Assembly (NCBI GenBank): GCA_964195405.1
Contig: CAXMPK010000048.1
Coordinates: 1-58,134, forward strand
DNA length: 58,134 nt
Reading direction: 5' to 3'
Origin: an uncultured Acidimicrobiia bacterium
GTDB lineage: Bacteria > Actinomycetota > Acidimicrobiia > Spongiisociales > ZC4RG35
Positions 28,503-37,373 of this stretch are shown here, one piece after another (the first letter of the stretch is position 1; the number at the start of each line of letters is the position of its first letter). The notes below the pieces were generated by a model. That model had not been told where the DNA came from. It did no database searches and saw nothing but the letters and a program-made list of their open reading frames with translations. The position numbers and the translations under genes were made by a program.

Positions 28503-28553
28503 CCTTCTGTGAAGATTTTCCCGCGCTATATCCGCAATAATCTTCACAGAAGG
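28503..28553 (-). terminator. Perfect 15-bp inverted repeat with a 21-nt loop; probable terminator of the cta-ser operon
   Basis: CCTTCTGTGAAGATT-N21-AATCTTCACAGAAGG. On the minus strand it is followed by GTGGTTTTTGGTT. Confidence 0.45.
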
Positions 28554-28565
28554 AAAAAATGGGCC

Positions 28566-29528
28566 TCAGTGAAGCTGAGCCCCGTTGACCGCCCCGCTGA
28601 CATCACCGTCGCAGAGACGGCGGACGACGTGTGCTGCCACTTCCCGGGCCACCTCGACCTGCGCCTCGGCTGTCGAGCCGCCCAGATGGGGAGTCAGAAT
28701 CAGGTTGGGAGCATCGCGAAGCGGGCTGTCAACAGGTAACGGCTCACGCTCGTAGACGTCGAGGGCGGCGCCAGCGATCTTGCCGGCTTCCAAGGCCCTG
28801 CCAAGAGCGAGCTCATCGATCACACCACCACGTGAGGCGTTGATCACAAGGGCTCCTCTCCTCATGCGTGAGAGCGTCTCGTCATTGATCAGACCACGTG
28901 TTTCATCGGTGAGAGGGACGTGGATCGAGATCACGTCGGCGTTGTCCAAGACTTCGCCGAGTTCGACAAGACGAGCATTGAGCGCCTCTGCCCGATCCTC
29001 CGTCAGATAAGGGTCGTAGACGATGCAGTCCATCCCAAAGGCTTGACATCTCTTCGCCACCTCCCCGCCGATGCGTCCGGCACCAATGAGACCCAACGTG
29101 CGCCCCTTCAGCTCGTTGCCCTTGAAAGCAGCACGATCCCATCGACCGTCCCTTACCGATCGCTCCGCCGCCGGAATCTTGCGAAGCAAGGAAAGCATTA
29201 GGGCCATGGTCATCTCTGCGGCGGCAGTGGTGTTACCCCCCGGTGCGTTGTAGACGGCGATGCCGTTGGCAGATGCGGCATCCACATCCACGTTGTCGAT
29301 ACCCACGCCTGCTCGCCCGATGACCTTCAACTCGGGCGCCCGCTGAATCAGGCTGGCGCCGACGTCGGTGGCGCTTCTAATAACCAACGCATCGGCAGAG
29401 CCCAGTGACTGAAAAAAGATCTCACTCGAGGAATCATCGATGTGAGTCACCTCGAAACGGTCATCCTCGTGAAGTAGGGACAGCCCTTCGCCAGAGACCT
29501 TGTCGGTTGCCAAGACCTTGAAGGTCAT
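28566..29528 (-). CDS. D-isomer-specific 2-hydroxyacid dehydrogenase (short phosphoglycerate dehydrogenase-like)
   Basis: Contains the NAD motif GLIGAGRIGGEV, plus RGGVIDE and the catalytic-His region TPHLGGST. Confidence 0.85.
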   Translation of the reverse strand: MTFKVLATDKVSGEGLSLLHEDDRFEVTHIDDSSSEIFFQSLGSADALVIRSATDVGASLIQRAPELKVIGRAGVGIDNVDVDAASANGIAVYNAPGGNTTAAAEMTMALMLSLLRKIPAAERSVRDGRWDRAAFKGNELKGRTLGLIGAGRIGGEVAKRCQAFGMDCIVYDPYLTEDRAEALNARLVELGEVLDNADVISIHVPLTDETRGLINDETLSRMRRGALVINASRGGVIDELALGRALEAGKIAGAALDVYEREPLPVDSPLRDAPNLILTPHLGGSTAEAQVEVAREVAAHVVRRLCDGDVSGAVNGAQLH

Positions 29529-30619
29529 CCGATTACGTCTCCGAGTTCGTTTAGAAGGGCATCTAGTTCACTGACGGTGTGGTCACCCATATGTCCGATG
29601 CGAATGGTTGACTCTGTGAGCTTGCCGTAGCCACCACCAATGACCCAGCCTCTATTGGCGAGTTCTGCAACGACATCCGAGGCGCCTTCACCACCAGGCA
29701 TCGCAATACACGTAACCGTGGGCGAACGGTGGCCGTCGGCCGCGAACACATCGATACCGGCACCCGCCGCGCTCATCTCATCAACCCATTCGAAGGTCCT
29801 CTGTTGCATGTCGAGATGACGTTGCCAGCGTGCTTGCATGCCTTCGTTGGCGATTCGCTTCAACTGCAAGTCGAGGGCGTACAGAAGAGAAAGGGCTGGC
29901 GTTGCCGGGGTCTGATTCCCTTCGAGCTCATCCGCCAAGCGATCGAGGGCGAAGTACCACCCGCGACCCTCTGCTTGGCGAGATCGCTCCATCATCTTGT
30001 CTGAAGCAAGGCCAAAGGCAAGACCCGGTGGAAGCGCCAATGCCTTTTGGGACCCGGTGAGGATGAAGTCGATCTCCCAATCGTCGGGTCTGGTCTCGAC
30101 ACCACCGATGCCGGTGACGGAGTCGACCAACAGCAGCGTGTTGTCGTGCTCAGCAACAACTTGCGCAACAGATTCCAAGTCATGGAGCGAACCGGTGGAG
30201 GTTTCCGAATGGGACAATGTGACAGCGTCATAGCTTGTCGTTGCGAGACGTCCAGCCAATTCGTCCGGTGACTGGACCTCACCCCAGGCGACCTCCCACA
30301 CATCGACATCAAGACCACACGACCGTCCGATCTCGGCGAATCGACCCGAGAAAGCACCGGTGACCAGGCTGAGCACTTTCCCGTCGAGCACGCCGTTGCG
30401 CACCGCCGCCTCCATCATGCCCGTAGCCGATGAGGTCGACACGATCACAGGCCGATTGGTGACGAACACCGGTTTGAGACCGGCCTCGATGCTCGCCATC
30501 AACTCCTTGATAGCAGACCCCCGATGTCCGATCATCTGAGCGTTCTGTGCCGCCAGCACGTCTGGGTGCACCTCGGTGGGGCCCGGCAGGAAAAACCGAC
30601 CCGGCTTGTGGCTCATCAA
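29525..30619 (-). CDS. Class V aminotransferase (serine-pyruvate/alanine-glyoxylate or phosphoserine aminotransferase-like)
   Basis: 364 aa. The PLP-lysine motif is LTGSQKALALPPG. It overlaps the downstream start by 4 nt. Confidence 0.85.
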   Translation of the reverse strand: MMSHKPGRFFLPGPTEVHPDVLAAQNAQMIGHRGSAIKELMASIEAGLKPVFVTNRPVIVSTSSATGMMEAAVRNGVLDGKVLSLVTGAFSGRFAEIGRSCGLDVDVWEVAWGEVQSPDELAGRLATTSYDAVTLSHSETSTGSLHDLESVAQVVAEHDNTLLLVDSVTGIGGVETRPDDWEIDFILTGSQKALALPPGLAFGLASDKMMERSRQAEGRGWYFALDRLADELEGNQTPATPALSLLYALDLQLKRIANEGMQARWQRHLDMQQRTFEWVDEMSAAGAGIDVFAADGHRSPTVTCIAMPGGEGASDVVAELANRGWVIGGGYGKLTESTIRIGHMGDHTVSELDALLNELGDVIG

Positions 30620-31422
30620 GGCACCCGCGCTGGTGAGTCGATCTGTTCCCAGTCACGCTCTTCGGAAGTCCAGCGAAACCAGATCACGGCAATTGTGGCC
30701 CAGATCAAGAACCCTCCGCCCAGCTTCATCATGACACCCGCGATTGTCTGATCGGAGACAGCGGTGAGTCCAAACGCCTCCGCAGCGTCGCCGTAAACCG
30801 GGTACAAGGCAACGGTCGAAAACGTGAGGAACGATGCCGGGATGGTGGGCAGCAGTGACTGGAGAAAGAGGTAGAGCATCTGCGTCGGACGGCTCAGCTT
30901 TGGAATCGCCAGCGTGGGAGACAAGACCGGCATCCACATCAGAAATGCAGATACGAAAAGCAGTGTGTGCATGCCGAAATGGACCAATTCGCTGGTCAAC
31001 ATCCACTCCACCATTTCAGGCCAGTGGATCAAGATGAAGGTGGTGTTGAAGATGACGAAAGCCGGCACGGCTTTGGAAAGCGGCCGGAGCCATCTGGCCA
31101 CTTTGGGATGACCCAGCGTGACGTCGGCCAACCACCTTGGTGTCCCCATTAGTAGAAGCGCGGGGGCAGCCAGGGCCAAAATCATGTGTTCAAACATGTG
31201 AACGGTGAAGAGTGATTGCTCACCGATGTCGTGGACAGGCCAGCCAGACACCAACCAGATAAAACCGAGCCCGAGATACCACTGCCACCACTGCCGCCGG
31301 GTTGGACCTGGGGCTCCCGGAGCAAGGTGCGGGCGTATCCGGACATTGGCATACCAGTAGCCAACACCCAGGATGAATATCAGGGCCCAAAGGTCGTAGT
31401 GAGGGTGCCAGTCGGGAATCAT
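30616..31422 (-). CDS. ctaG: Cytochrome c oxidase assembly factor CtaG (Bacillus type)
   Basis: A polytopic protein with HMFEHMILALAAPALLLMG. The start is trimmed to the ATG at 31422. Confidence 0.8.
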   Translation of the reverse strand: MIPDWHPHYDLWALIFILGVGYWYANVRIRPHLAPGAPGPTRRQWWQWYLGLGFIWLVSGWPVHDIGEQSLFTVHMFEHMILALAAPALLLMGTPRWLADVTLGHPKVARWLRPLSKAVPAFVIFNTTFILIHWPEMVEWMLTSELVHFGMHTLLFVSAFLMWMPVLSPTLAIPKLSRPTQMLYLFLQSLLPTIPASFLTFSTVALYPVYGDAAEAFGLTAVSDQTIAGVMMKLGGGFLIWATIAVIWFRWTSEERDWEQIDSPARVP

Positions 31423-31435
31423 GAGAGGCTCATCC

Positions 31436-31756
31436 CTAGCCACCCCGAACCGCGACAACCCCCAACGCAGAGAGCAAGACCAGGTAGAGGGCGGTCGCAA
31501 GCACAAAGCCTGCGGTGAAGAAACGGGTCAACATCGGCTTCTCAAAACGGAGATGCATGAACCAACCCACAACGATTATGAATTTCAGCGTCGACAACCC
31601 GATCAGCGCAACCGCATTGAAGATCTCGAGATCGAGCTCCCGGTCGATGTAGAACAACGACACCTCGATCGCCGTGAGCACGGCAAGCAGGGCGGCAATC
31701 TTCCAATACTGAGCCGGCGTGGGGTGCGCCTCGTGGTTCTGCTGCTCAGCTGTCAT
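31436..31756 (-). CDS. ctaF: Cytochrome c oxidase subunit IV (CtaF, small 3-TM type)
   Basis: AHPTPAQYWKIAALLAVLTAIEVSLFY is present. The ATG at 31756 overlaps the ctaE stop (ATGA). Confidence 0.75.
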   Translation of the reverse strand: MTAEQQNHEAHPTPAQYWKIAALLAVLTAIEVSLFYIDRELDLEIFNAVALIGLSTLKFIIVVGWFMHLRFEKPMLTRFFTAGFVLATALYLVLLSALGVVAVRGG

Positions 31757-32403
31757 TGTGGAACCGAAAGCAGGTAGACAACGGTGAATATGACAATCCA
31801 AATGATGTCAACAAAGTGCCAATAGAGCCCAACCAGTTCGAGGTTCAAACCGTGCTTCTCGGATAACCCGCCTTGCTTCCGTGAGATGCCCCATAACGAA
31901 AGCAACATGATCACACCCACCGCAACGTGAGTGCCGTGGAAACCGGTGAGCAAATAGAACGCCGAGGCGGCCGGATTAGTCGAGAGAGTCATGTCATTTT
32001 GAACGATGAACTCGGTGAACTCGAACACCTGACCACCTAGGAACACTGCGCCCAAGGCGGCCGTTGCGAAAAGCCAGGTACGGGTGCCGTTTTGGTCGCC
32101 GGTGCTCAGAGCGTTGTGTGCCAGCACCATCGTCAGCGAGCTCATCAGAAGGACAAATGAGCTGACGGAGGTGAAGGGGATGTCGTACACATCGGCCGGA
32201 TAGGTGCCGGCGAAACCCGAGCGATTCGAATAGAGCAGATAGTTGGAGATCAGGGCACCGAAGAGAAGAAACTCGGAGCTCAGGAACAGCCACATTCCCA
32301 GTTTGCGGTTGTCAATCCCAGTCGACTCGTGCTCTTCGTGGTGCTCGACAGCTATGTCTTGGGAAACGTCAGACACTGGCGCCCTCCGGATCGACGATCC
32401 CAT
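31753..32403 (-). CDS. ctaE: Cytochrome c oxidase subunit III
   Basis: KLGMWLFLSSEFLLFGALI...FYLLTGFHGTHVAVG...GLYWHFVDIIW are the subunit III blocks. The start may instead be the GTG at 32376. Confidence 0.9.
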   Translation of the reverse strand: MGSSIRRAPVSDVSQDIAVEHHEEHESTGIDNRKLGMWLFLSSEFLLFGALISNYLLYSNRSGFAGTYPADVYDIPFTSVSSFVLLMSSLTMVLAHNALSTGDQNGTRTWLFATAALGAVFLGGQVFEFTEFIVQNDMTLSTNPAASAFYLLTGFHGTHVAVGVIMLLSLWGISRKQGGLSEKHGLNLELVGLYWHFVDIIWIVIFTVVYLLSVPQ

Positions 32404-34393
32404 CGTTGTGATCCTCGAGCGGTTCCTCGACCGGCTCCAGACTCCAACCGATCAAAGACGACATCATCACCAGAACGCCGATGACTATCAGAGCTTTACC
32501 CCATGCGGTGGTGTGATAGATCACCCCGTAGAAAACCAGGGGCAGGCCAATCGCCATCACGAAGGGGAAGTAGGACGGGGCCGGGAGATGTATCGGTGTT
32601 GACGGATTGTTCCCGTCATGCGCGAGTTCGATGAGCATCTCGTCGGCCTCGGGCTTACGAACTGCACGACCCTCCTCATCCTCGCCATATTTCATGTGCC
32701 AGAACTCGTCGAGCCGTGTGATCACAGGCGGCGTTGCATAGTTGTACTCGGGGGTGGGGTTTGGAATCGACCACTCGATGGTTCGGGCGTCCCAGGGGTC
32801 AAGACCAGAGTCTTCACCCTTGCGACGACTGTGCCACCAGTTGTACATGAAGATCAGAAATCCAAACGCAATGATGAAAGCGCCGATCGTGATTGCGATG
32901 TTCCACGGCTCGAAACCGTTATCCGGTGCGTACTTCCAGGTTCGACGAACCATCCCCTGGAGACCAAGCCAGTGCATCGGGGCAAAGGTCAGATTGAACC
33001 CGATGAACATGAGCCAGAAGTGAATCTTGCCCAGACGGGGGTTCATCACTTTCCCAGTCAGCTTGGGGAACCAGTAGTAGAGCCCGGCAAAAAGACCAAA
33101 GACCGAACCGCCAAACAACACATAGTGGAAGTGGGCAACGATGTAGTAGGTGTCGGTCTGTTGCCAGTCCGAGGGGACGACCGCATGGGTGACTCCGGAT
33201 AGACCGCCGATTGTGAACATCGCCAAGAACCCGAGCGCAAACAACATCGGGGTTGTGAGACGTAATCGGCCTCCCCAAAGAGTGCCCATCCAGTTGAAGA
33301 TCTTGATTCCGGTTGGGATGGCGATTGTCATCGTTGCCAGCCCAAACGCAGCCTGGGCCACCGGTGTGATCCCAGAAGCGAACATGTGATGGGCCCAAAC
33401 TCCGAAACCGAGGAAAGCAATCGCAGCGCCGGCGAAAACGATGGCGGAGTACCCAAAGAGAGGTTTGCGGGAGAACACCGGAAGCACCTCGGAGACAATC
33501 CCCATTGCAGGCAAGATCAGGATGTAGACCTCGGGGTGGCCAAACAACCAGAACAGGTGTTGCCACAGGATCGGATCCCCGCCGCCGGTCGGCGCGAAAA
33601 ACAGAGTGCCAAATTGTCGATCAAAGCCCACCATGAAGAGCGCGACAGCAATGATCGGAAGTGAGAACAGAAGTAAGAAGGCGACCACCGTCGACATCCA
33701 CACAAAGACCGGCATCCGCAGAAGCCGCATTCCCTTTGCCCTCATGTTGAAAACGGTGACTATGAAATTGACCGCCGAGATCAGCGAGGCGAGACCGAGG
33801 ATCTGGAGCCCAAACGCCCAATAGTCCATGGCGGTCCCCGGCGAATAGAGCGGTCCCGCGTTTGGCTGATAACCAAACCAGCCACCATCCGGTGAATCTG
33901 CCAAGAAGTTGAAACTGCCGGGACCGCCACCCAGGGGAATGTTGCCGGTAACCCCCTCCGGGCTGACAGGTGGTAGCGAGGTGCCAAAGATGAAGGTGCT
34001 GTAGAGGAAGATCCCGCCGAAGAAGAAAATCCAAAAAGACAAGGCGTTGAGTCTGGGAAAGGCGACGTCTCTCGCACCGATCATCAGCGGGATCAGATAG
34101 TTCATGAACGCCGCCGACGCTGGCATGATGAACAAGAAAATCATTGTCGTCGCGTGCATTGTGAACAATGCGTTGTACGCCCCGGCAGTGAGGAACTCGG
34201 AGTTGGCCTGGGCGAGCTGAACCCTGAGGAGCAAGGCCTCGACACCGCCAATCAGGAAGAACGTGAATGCGGCGTAGCCATACATAATGCCGATCTTCTT
34301 GTGGTCGACAGTGGTGACCCAGCCCCAAAGTCCGGTGGGCGACGCCGGTCGTCTGAAGACCGTGCTTTGTGAGCGCTCAGCTGTTGCTGTCAT
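32369..34393 (-). CDS. ctaD: Cytochrome c oxidase subunit I, with a C-terminal two-helix extension
   Basis: WVTTVDHKKIGIMYG...WFFGHPEVYILILP...HHMF... are subunit I blocks. The ATG at 34393 overlaps the ctaC stop (ATGA). The 90-aa N-terminal extension in the track is Arg/Cys-rich and non-coding-like. Confidence 0.92.
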   Translation of the reverse strand: MTATAERSQSTVFRRPASPTGLWGWVTTVDHKKIGIMYGYAAFTFFLIGGVEALLLRVQLAQANSEFLTAGAYNALFTMHATTMIFLFIMPASAAFMNYLIPLMIGARDVAFPRLNALSFWIFFFGGIFLYSTFIFGTSLPPVSPEGVTGNIPLGGGPGSFNFLADSPDGGWFGYQPNAGPLYSPGTAMDYWAFGLQILGLASLISAVNFIVTVFNMRAKGMRLLRMPVFVWMSTVVAFLLLFSLPIIAVALFMVGFDRQFGTLFFAPTGGGDPILWQHLFWLFGHPEVYILILPAMGIVSEVLPVFSRKPLFGYSAIVFAGAAIAFLGFGVWAHHMFASGITPVAQAAFGLATMTIAIPTGIKIFNWMGTLWGGRLRLTTPMLFALGFLAMFTIGGLSGVTHAVVPSDWQQTDTYYIVAHFHYVLFGGSVFGLFAGLYYWFPKLTGKVMNPRLGKIHFWLMFIGFNLTFAPMHWLGLQGMVRRTWKYAPDNGFEPWNIAITIGAFIIAFGFLIFMYNWWHSRRKGEDSGLDPWDARTIEWSIPNPTPEYNYATPPVITRLDEFWHMKYGEDEEGRAVRKPEADEMLIELAHDGNNPSTPIHLPAPSYFPFVMAIGLPLVFYGVIYHTTAWGKALIVIGVLVMMSSLIGWSLEPVEEPLEDHNDGIVDPEGASV

Positions 34394-35490
34394 TTGTTGC
34401 CCTCCAGCCAAATGATCAATGCATCGATCTCCTGTGACGTCAAAGCCAGATTGGGCATGAAACTCCCCGGCTTCACGTTCGGAGGATCGGCCAGCCATTC
34501 GGTGAGTGCTGCATCGTAAGGCTGACCCTCTCCAGGCAGAGTCGCCCCGGCAAACACATTCCTCGAAGCAAAGTGAGTCAGATCGGGACCGTTGAAGGCG
34601 TCCCTTGCGATGATGTTCGAAGCGTCGGGATCGTCGAATCGTACGGTGTGGCATTGCACACACCCTTTATTGACAAATACCTGATAACCGTCATATCCGG
34701 GGTCGCCCTCCACCGGAAGAGTCGCAGGCTCCTGCTGATTGGCTACCCATGTGTCGAACTGACTCTGGTCGACGACCTGGACACGAGCGCGCATCAACGA
34801 ATGAGACAGACCACAGAATTCGGCGCAGTGGCCCCAGAACTCACCGGTTTCGTCGGCATGCATCCTGAGCAGGGTGATCTGGCCGGGCACGAGATAGCGC
34901 TTACCCATCAGCGACGGGATCCAAAAGTTGTGCAGCACGTCATCTGACGTCATCTCCAAACAGGTCTCCTTGTCGACGGGAATGACGAGGACGTTGGCGG
35001 TGTCGATATCCTGATCTGGGTAGTGGTATTCAAACCACCACTGGTGACCAGTGACCTCAACACGCATCGAATCGGGGTCACAGCCGGTGAGGTCGAACAC
35101 TCCGACCGTCGTCGGCACTGAGATCGCTGCCAGGATCACCGCCGGAATCACTGTCCAGATAACTTCCAGCTTGGCGTTTCCATGAGTTTGTTTTGGTTCC
35201 TTGGTTGATTCCCTGTCCCGGTCTCTGAAAACGAAGATGATCACTACCAGTGCACCCATGACCAGGACAAAGACGATGGTGGCGATCCAGAACACCATCC
35301 AGAAGAGCCCATCGATCCGATCGGCGTTGGGACCGGCCGGATCGAACGTGGTGAGGGGCGAATCGACCTCGATCAGTGAACATGACGTAAACAACAGGGC
35401 AACGCCAACAAGGGCGACAAATCGCGATAAACGGTGACGAAGCCGGGCCATCGGATCGGCATCATACGGAGATTGAGAACCTCCAACCAA
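34390..35490 (-). CDS. ctaC: Cytochrome c oxidase subunit II with a fused C-terminal cytochrome c domain (caa3 type)
   Basis: The CuA site is HCAEFCGLSHSLM and the heme c site is CVQCH. A lipobox-like LFTSC is present. The start is uncertain (TTG at 35490 or ATG at 35451). Confidence 0.9.
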   Translation of the reverse strand: MVGGSQSPYDADPMARLRHRLSRFVALVGVALLFTSCSLIEVDSPLTTFDPAGPNADRIDGLFWMVFWIATIVFVLVMGALVVIIFVFRDRDRESTKEPKQTHGNAKLEVIWTVIPAVILAAISVPTTVGVFDLTGCDPDSMRVEVTGHQWWFEYHYPDQDIDTANVLVIPVDKETCLEMTSDDVLHNFWIPSLMGKRYLVPGQITLLRMHADETGEFWGHCAEFCGLSHSLMRARVQVVDQSQFDTWVANQQEPATLPVEGDPGYDGYQVFVNKGCVQCHTVRFDDPDASNIIARDAFNGPDLTHFASRNVFAGATLPGEGQPYDAALTEWLADPPNVKPGSFMPNLALTSQEIDALIIWLEGNK

Positions 35491-35511
35491 CTTCGACCAA
35501 CACCCGACAGA

Positions 35512-36342
35512 TCAGGGCGAAACGGCCTCAAACGCCTTGGTTAACTCATCATCGCTAGCGACGCCTTCAAAGCTTGCTGTCACGATGCCGTTTGAGTCAG
35601 TGACAAACACCCAGGGCTCGGCGGGCAGTCCCCAATCGACCACCGACGGAACAAGGGTCAATTCCTCAAACGAGCTGACGTGGATGTCCTCATAGACCTC
35701 CACGTGGACGTAGTTGAGATCGCGGTACTCAGTCGACAACGCCTTCACCTGGTCGAGGAGGGGGCCACATGCTTGTGAGGTGCACCAGGCCGGTGTCCCG
35801 AAAACGATGACTGTCGGCCCGCTAGCCACCGCGTCGGCGACACTCAGCTCGTAAAAACTCGGATCAGGGTTCGGATCGGATGTGATGTCGCTGATGGCGT
35901 GGTCGGCAGTGGTCCGGGTCTCCGACCGGGGAGCATCATTTCCCACGACGACCACACCGGGATCCTCAACAGTGACCAACCCGACTGGCCCGGCATCATT
36001 GAATGCTTCGCTCTTAACCGTGACCTGAAACGTTCCCGGCCCCGGAATGTCCATGTGGAAGGCATAGAGGCCGCGCACATCGGGAACGATCCAAATGAAA
36101 TCGCCTTGGTACTCATCGATCGGTGATCCAATGCGATCCCTGAGGGTCGCAGTTGCCGAAACATCAGGAGCGCCAAGAAACTGGTCCGTCTTGGGGTCGA
36201 CGATGGCAATGAGAACACGTTGTTCGCCAAGACCCACATTGCCATTGGCAGAAGCGATCTGGGCAAAACCGTCGACCTTGCCACTTCCGCATGAGGCGAA
36301 TATCAGTGCGGCAAAAACCGCCATCCCGATGAGCCGCTTCAA
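35512..36342 (-). CDS. Thioredoxin-fold lipoprotein (TlpA/Sco-like) with an N-terminal beta-rich domain
   Basis: The TTG start at 36342 overlaps the ctaB stop (TTGA). The signal peptide is (M)KRLIGMAVFAALIFASCGSG, with a lipobox. The Trx-like block is TVIVFGTPAWCTSQACGPLLDQV. Confidence 0.75.
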   Translation of the reverse strand: MKRLIGMAVFAALIFASCGSGKVDGFAQIASANGNVGLGEQRVLIAIVDPKTDQFLGAPDVSATATLRDRIGSPIDEYQGDFIWIVPDVRGLYAFHMDIPGPGTFQVTVKSEAFNDAGPVGLVTVEDPGVVVVGNDAPRSETRTTADHAISDITSDPNPDPSFYELSVADAVASGPTVIVFGTPAWCTSQACGPLLDQVKALSTEYRDLNYVHVEVYEDIHVSSFEELTLVPSVVDWGLPAEPWVFVTDSNGIVTASFEGVASDDELTKAFEAVSP

Positions 36343-37232
36343 AGCAACACATCCAGCATCACGGCGGCGAACAGTGCCGAGAGGTAGACCGTCGACGTGG
36401 TGAACAATTTCATCGCCCGATCGGGCTCCCGATAGACCCGCCAAGTGTCCCAAAGGAACCAGGCACCGAGACCAAGCGCAGCGACCAGGTAGATCCACGA
36501 CATTCCACCAAGCGGGACGAGCATCAGGGACACGCCGACCATCAAGCCGGTGTAGAGAAGCATGCGTCGGGTAGTGGCCTCGATACCAGCGACCGCTGGA
36601 AGCATCGGTATGCCGGCACTCTGGTAGTCGTCTTTGTACCGGACCGCTAGAGCCCAGAAATGAGGTGGCGTCCAGTAGAAGACGATGAAGAAGAGAACCC
36701 ACGCTGGCCCAGCCACGGACCCAGTGACGGCTGCCCATCCGACCAACGTGGGTGCAGCCCCGGCCGCGCCTCCGATGACAATGTTCTGAACTGTGGTGCG
36801 CTTCAGGGCCATCGTGTAGACGAACACGTAGAACAGCAGAGCCCCTGTCGAAAGGGAGGCGGCAACCAGGTTGGTTGTCACCCAAAGCCAGGCGAAGCCG
36901 GCCAACCCCAAGACGACACCAAAAACCAAGGCATTCTTAGCGGCCAACTCATGCTGGGCGAGCGGTCGCTGCCGGGTTCGCTTCATGATCTCATCTATGT
37001 CCCGATCGACATAGCTGTTGAGAGCGTTGGCTCCTCCTGCCGACAGGGTCCCGCCGATCAGCGTGGTCAGGACAAGCCAGGTGCCGGGCCATCCGTTCGC
37101 GGCCAGGACCATGGACGGAATGGTTGTGATTAGGAGGAGTTCGACAATCCGTGGCTTTGTCAGCGCAACATAGGCGCCGAGACGGCTGCGCTTGCCGACG
37201 GTTTCGAGGGAAACTCCGTCATCACTCGACAT
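36339..37232 (-). CDS. ctaB: Protoheme IX farnesyltransferase (heme O synthase)
   Basis: YVALTKPRIVELLLITT...NSYVDRDIDEIMKRTRQRPL are UbiA-family motifs. The start is trimmed to the ATG at 37232. Confidence 0.9.
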   Translation of the reverse strand: MSSDDGVSLETVGKRSRLGAYVALTKPRIVELLLITTIPSMVLAANGWPGTWLVLTTLIGGTLSAGGANALNSYVDRDIDEIMKRTRQRPLAQHELAAKNALVFGVVLGLAGFAWLWVTTNLVAASLSTGALLFYVFVYTMALKRTTVQNIVIGGAAGAAPTLVGWAAVTGSVAGPAWVLFFIVFYWTPPHFWALAVRYKDDYQSAGIPMLPAVAGIEATTRRMLLYTGLMVGVSLMLVPLGGMSWIYLVAALGLGAWFLWDTWRVYREPDRAMKLFTTSTVYLSALFAAVMLDVLL

Positions 37233-37373
37233 GAATTGTCTCTCTGTCTTCATCCTCATCCCTCTTGGCTCTCGCCTTCTCCTCTGCCCAACGAAGCGCC
37301 ACGATGGCATGCATCGCCGGTGTCACGAAGGCGCCGACTTCGTCGATCCCCCAATAGTGGGCGAAGACCTCCA

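Noticed and set aside
32369-32700. The C-terminal two-helix extension of CtaD considered as a novel subunit-IV fusion
   Set aside because: Bacillus-type caa3 subunit I proteins also carry two extra C-terminal helices, so this is probably normal for this oxidase class. It is mentioned only within the cta operon finding.
34394-34663. The 90-aa N-terminal extension of the ctaD ORF in the track. The same applies to the long N-terminal extensions of ORFs 35512..36885, 36339..37310, 38763..39824, 14908..16242, 12815..13564 and 10726..12471.
   Set aside because: The extensions overlap the upstream gene in another frame and have non-protein-like composition. Internal starts give canonical N-termini, often with stop/start overlaps (ATGA, GTGA, TTGA).
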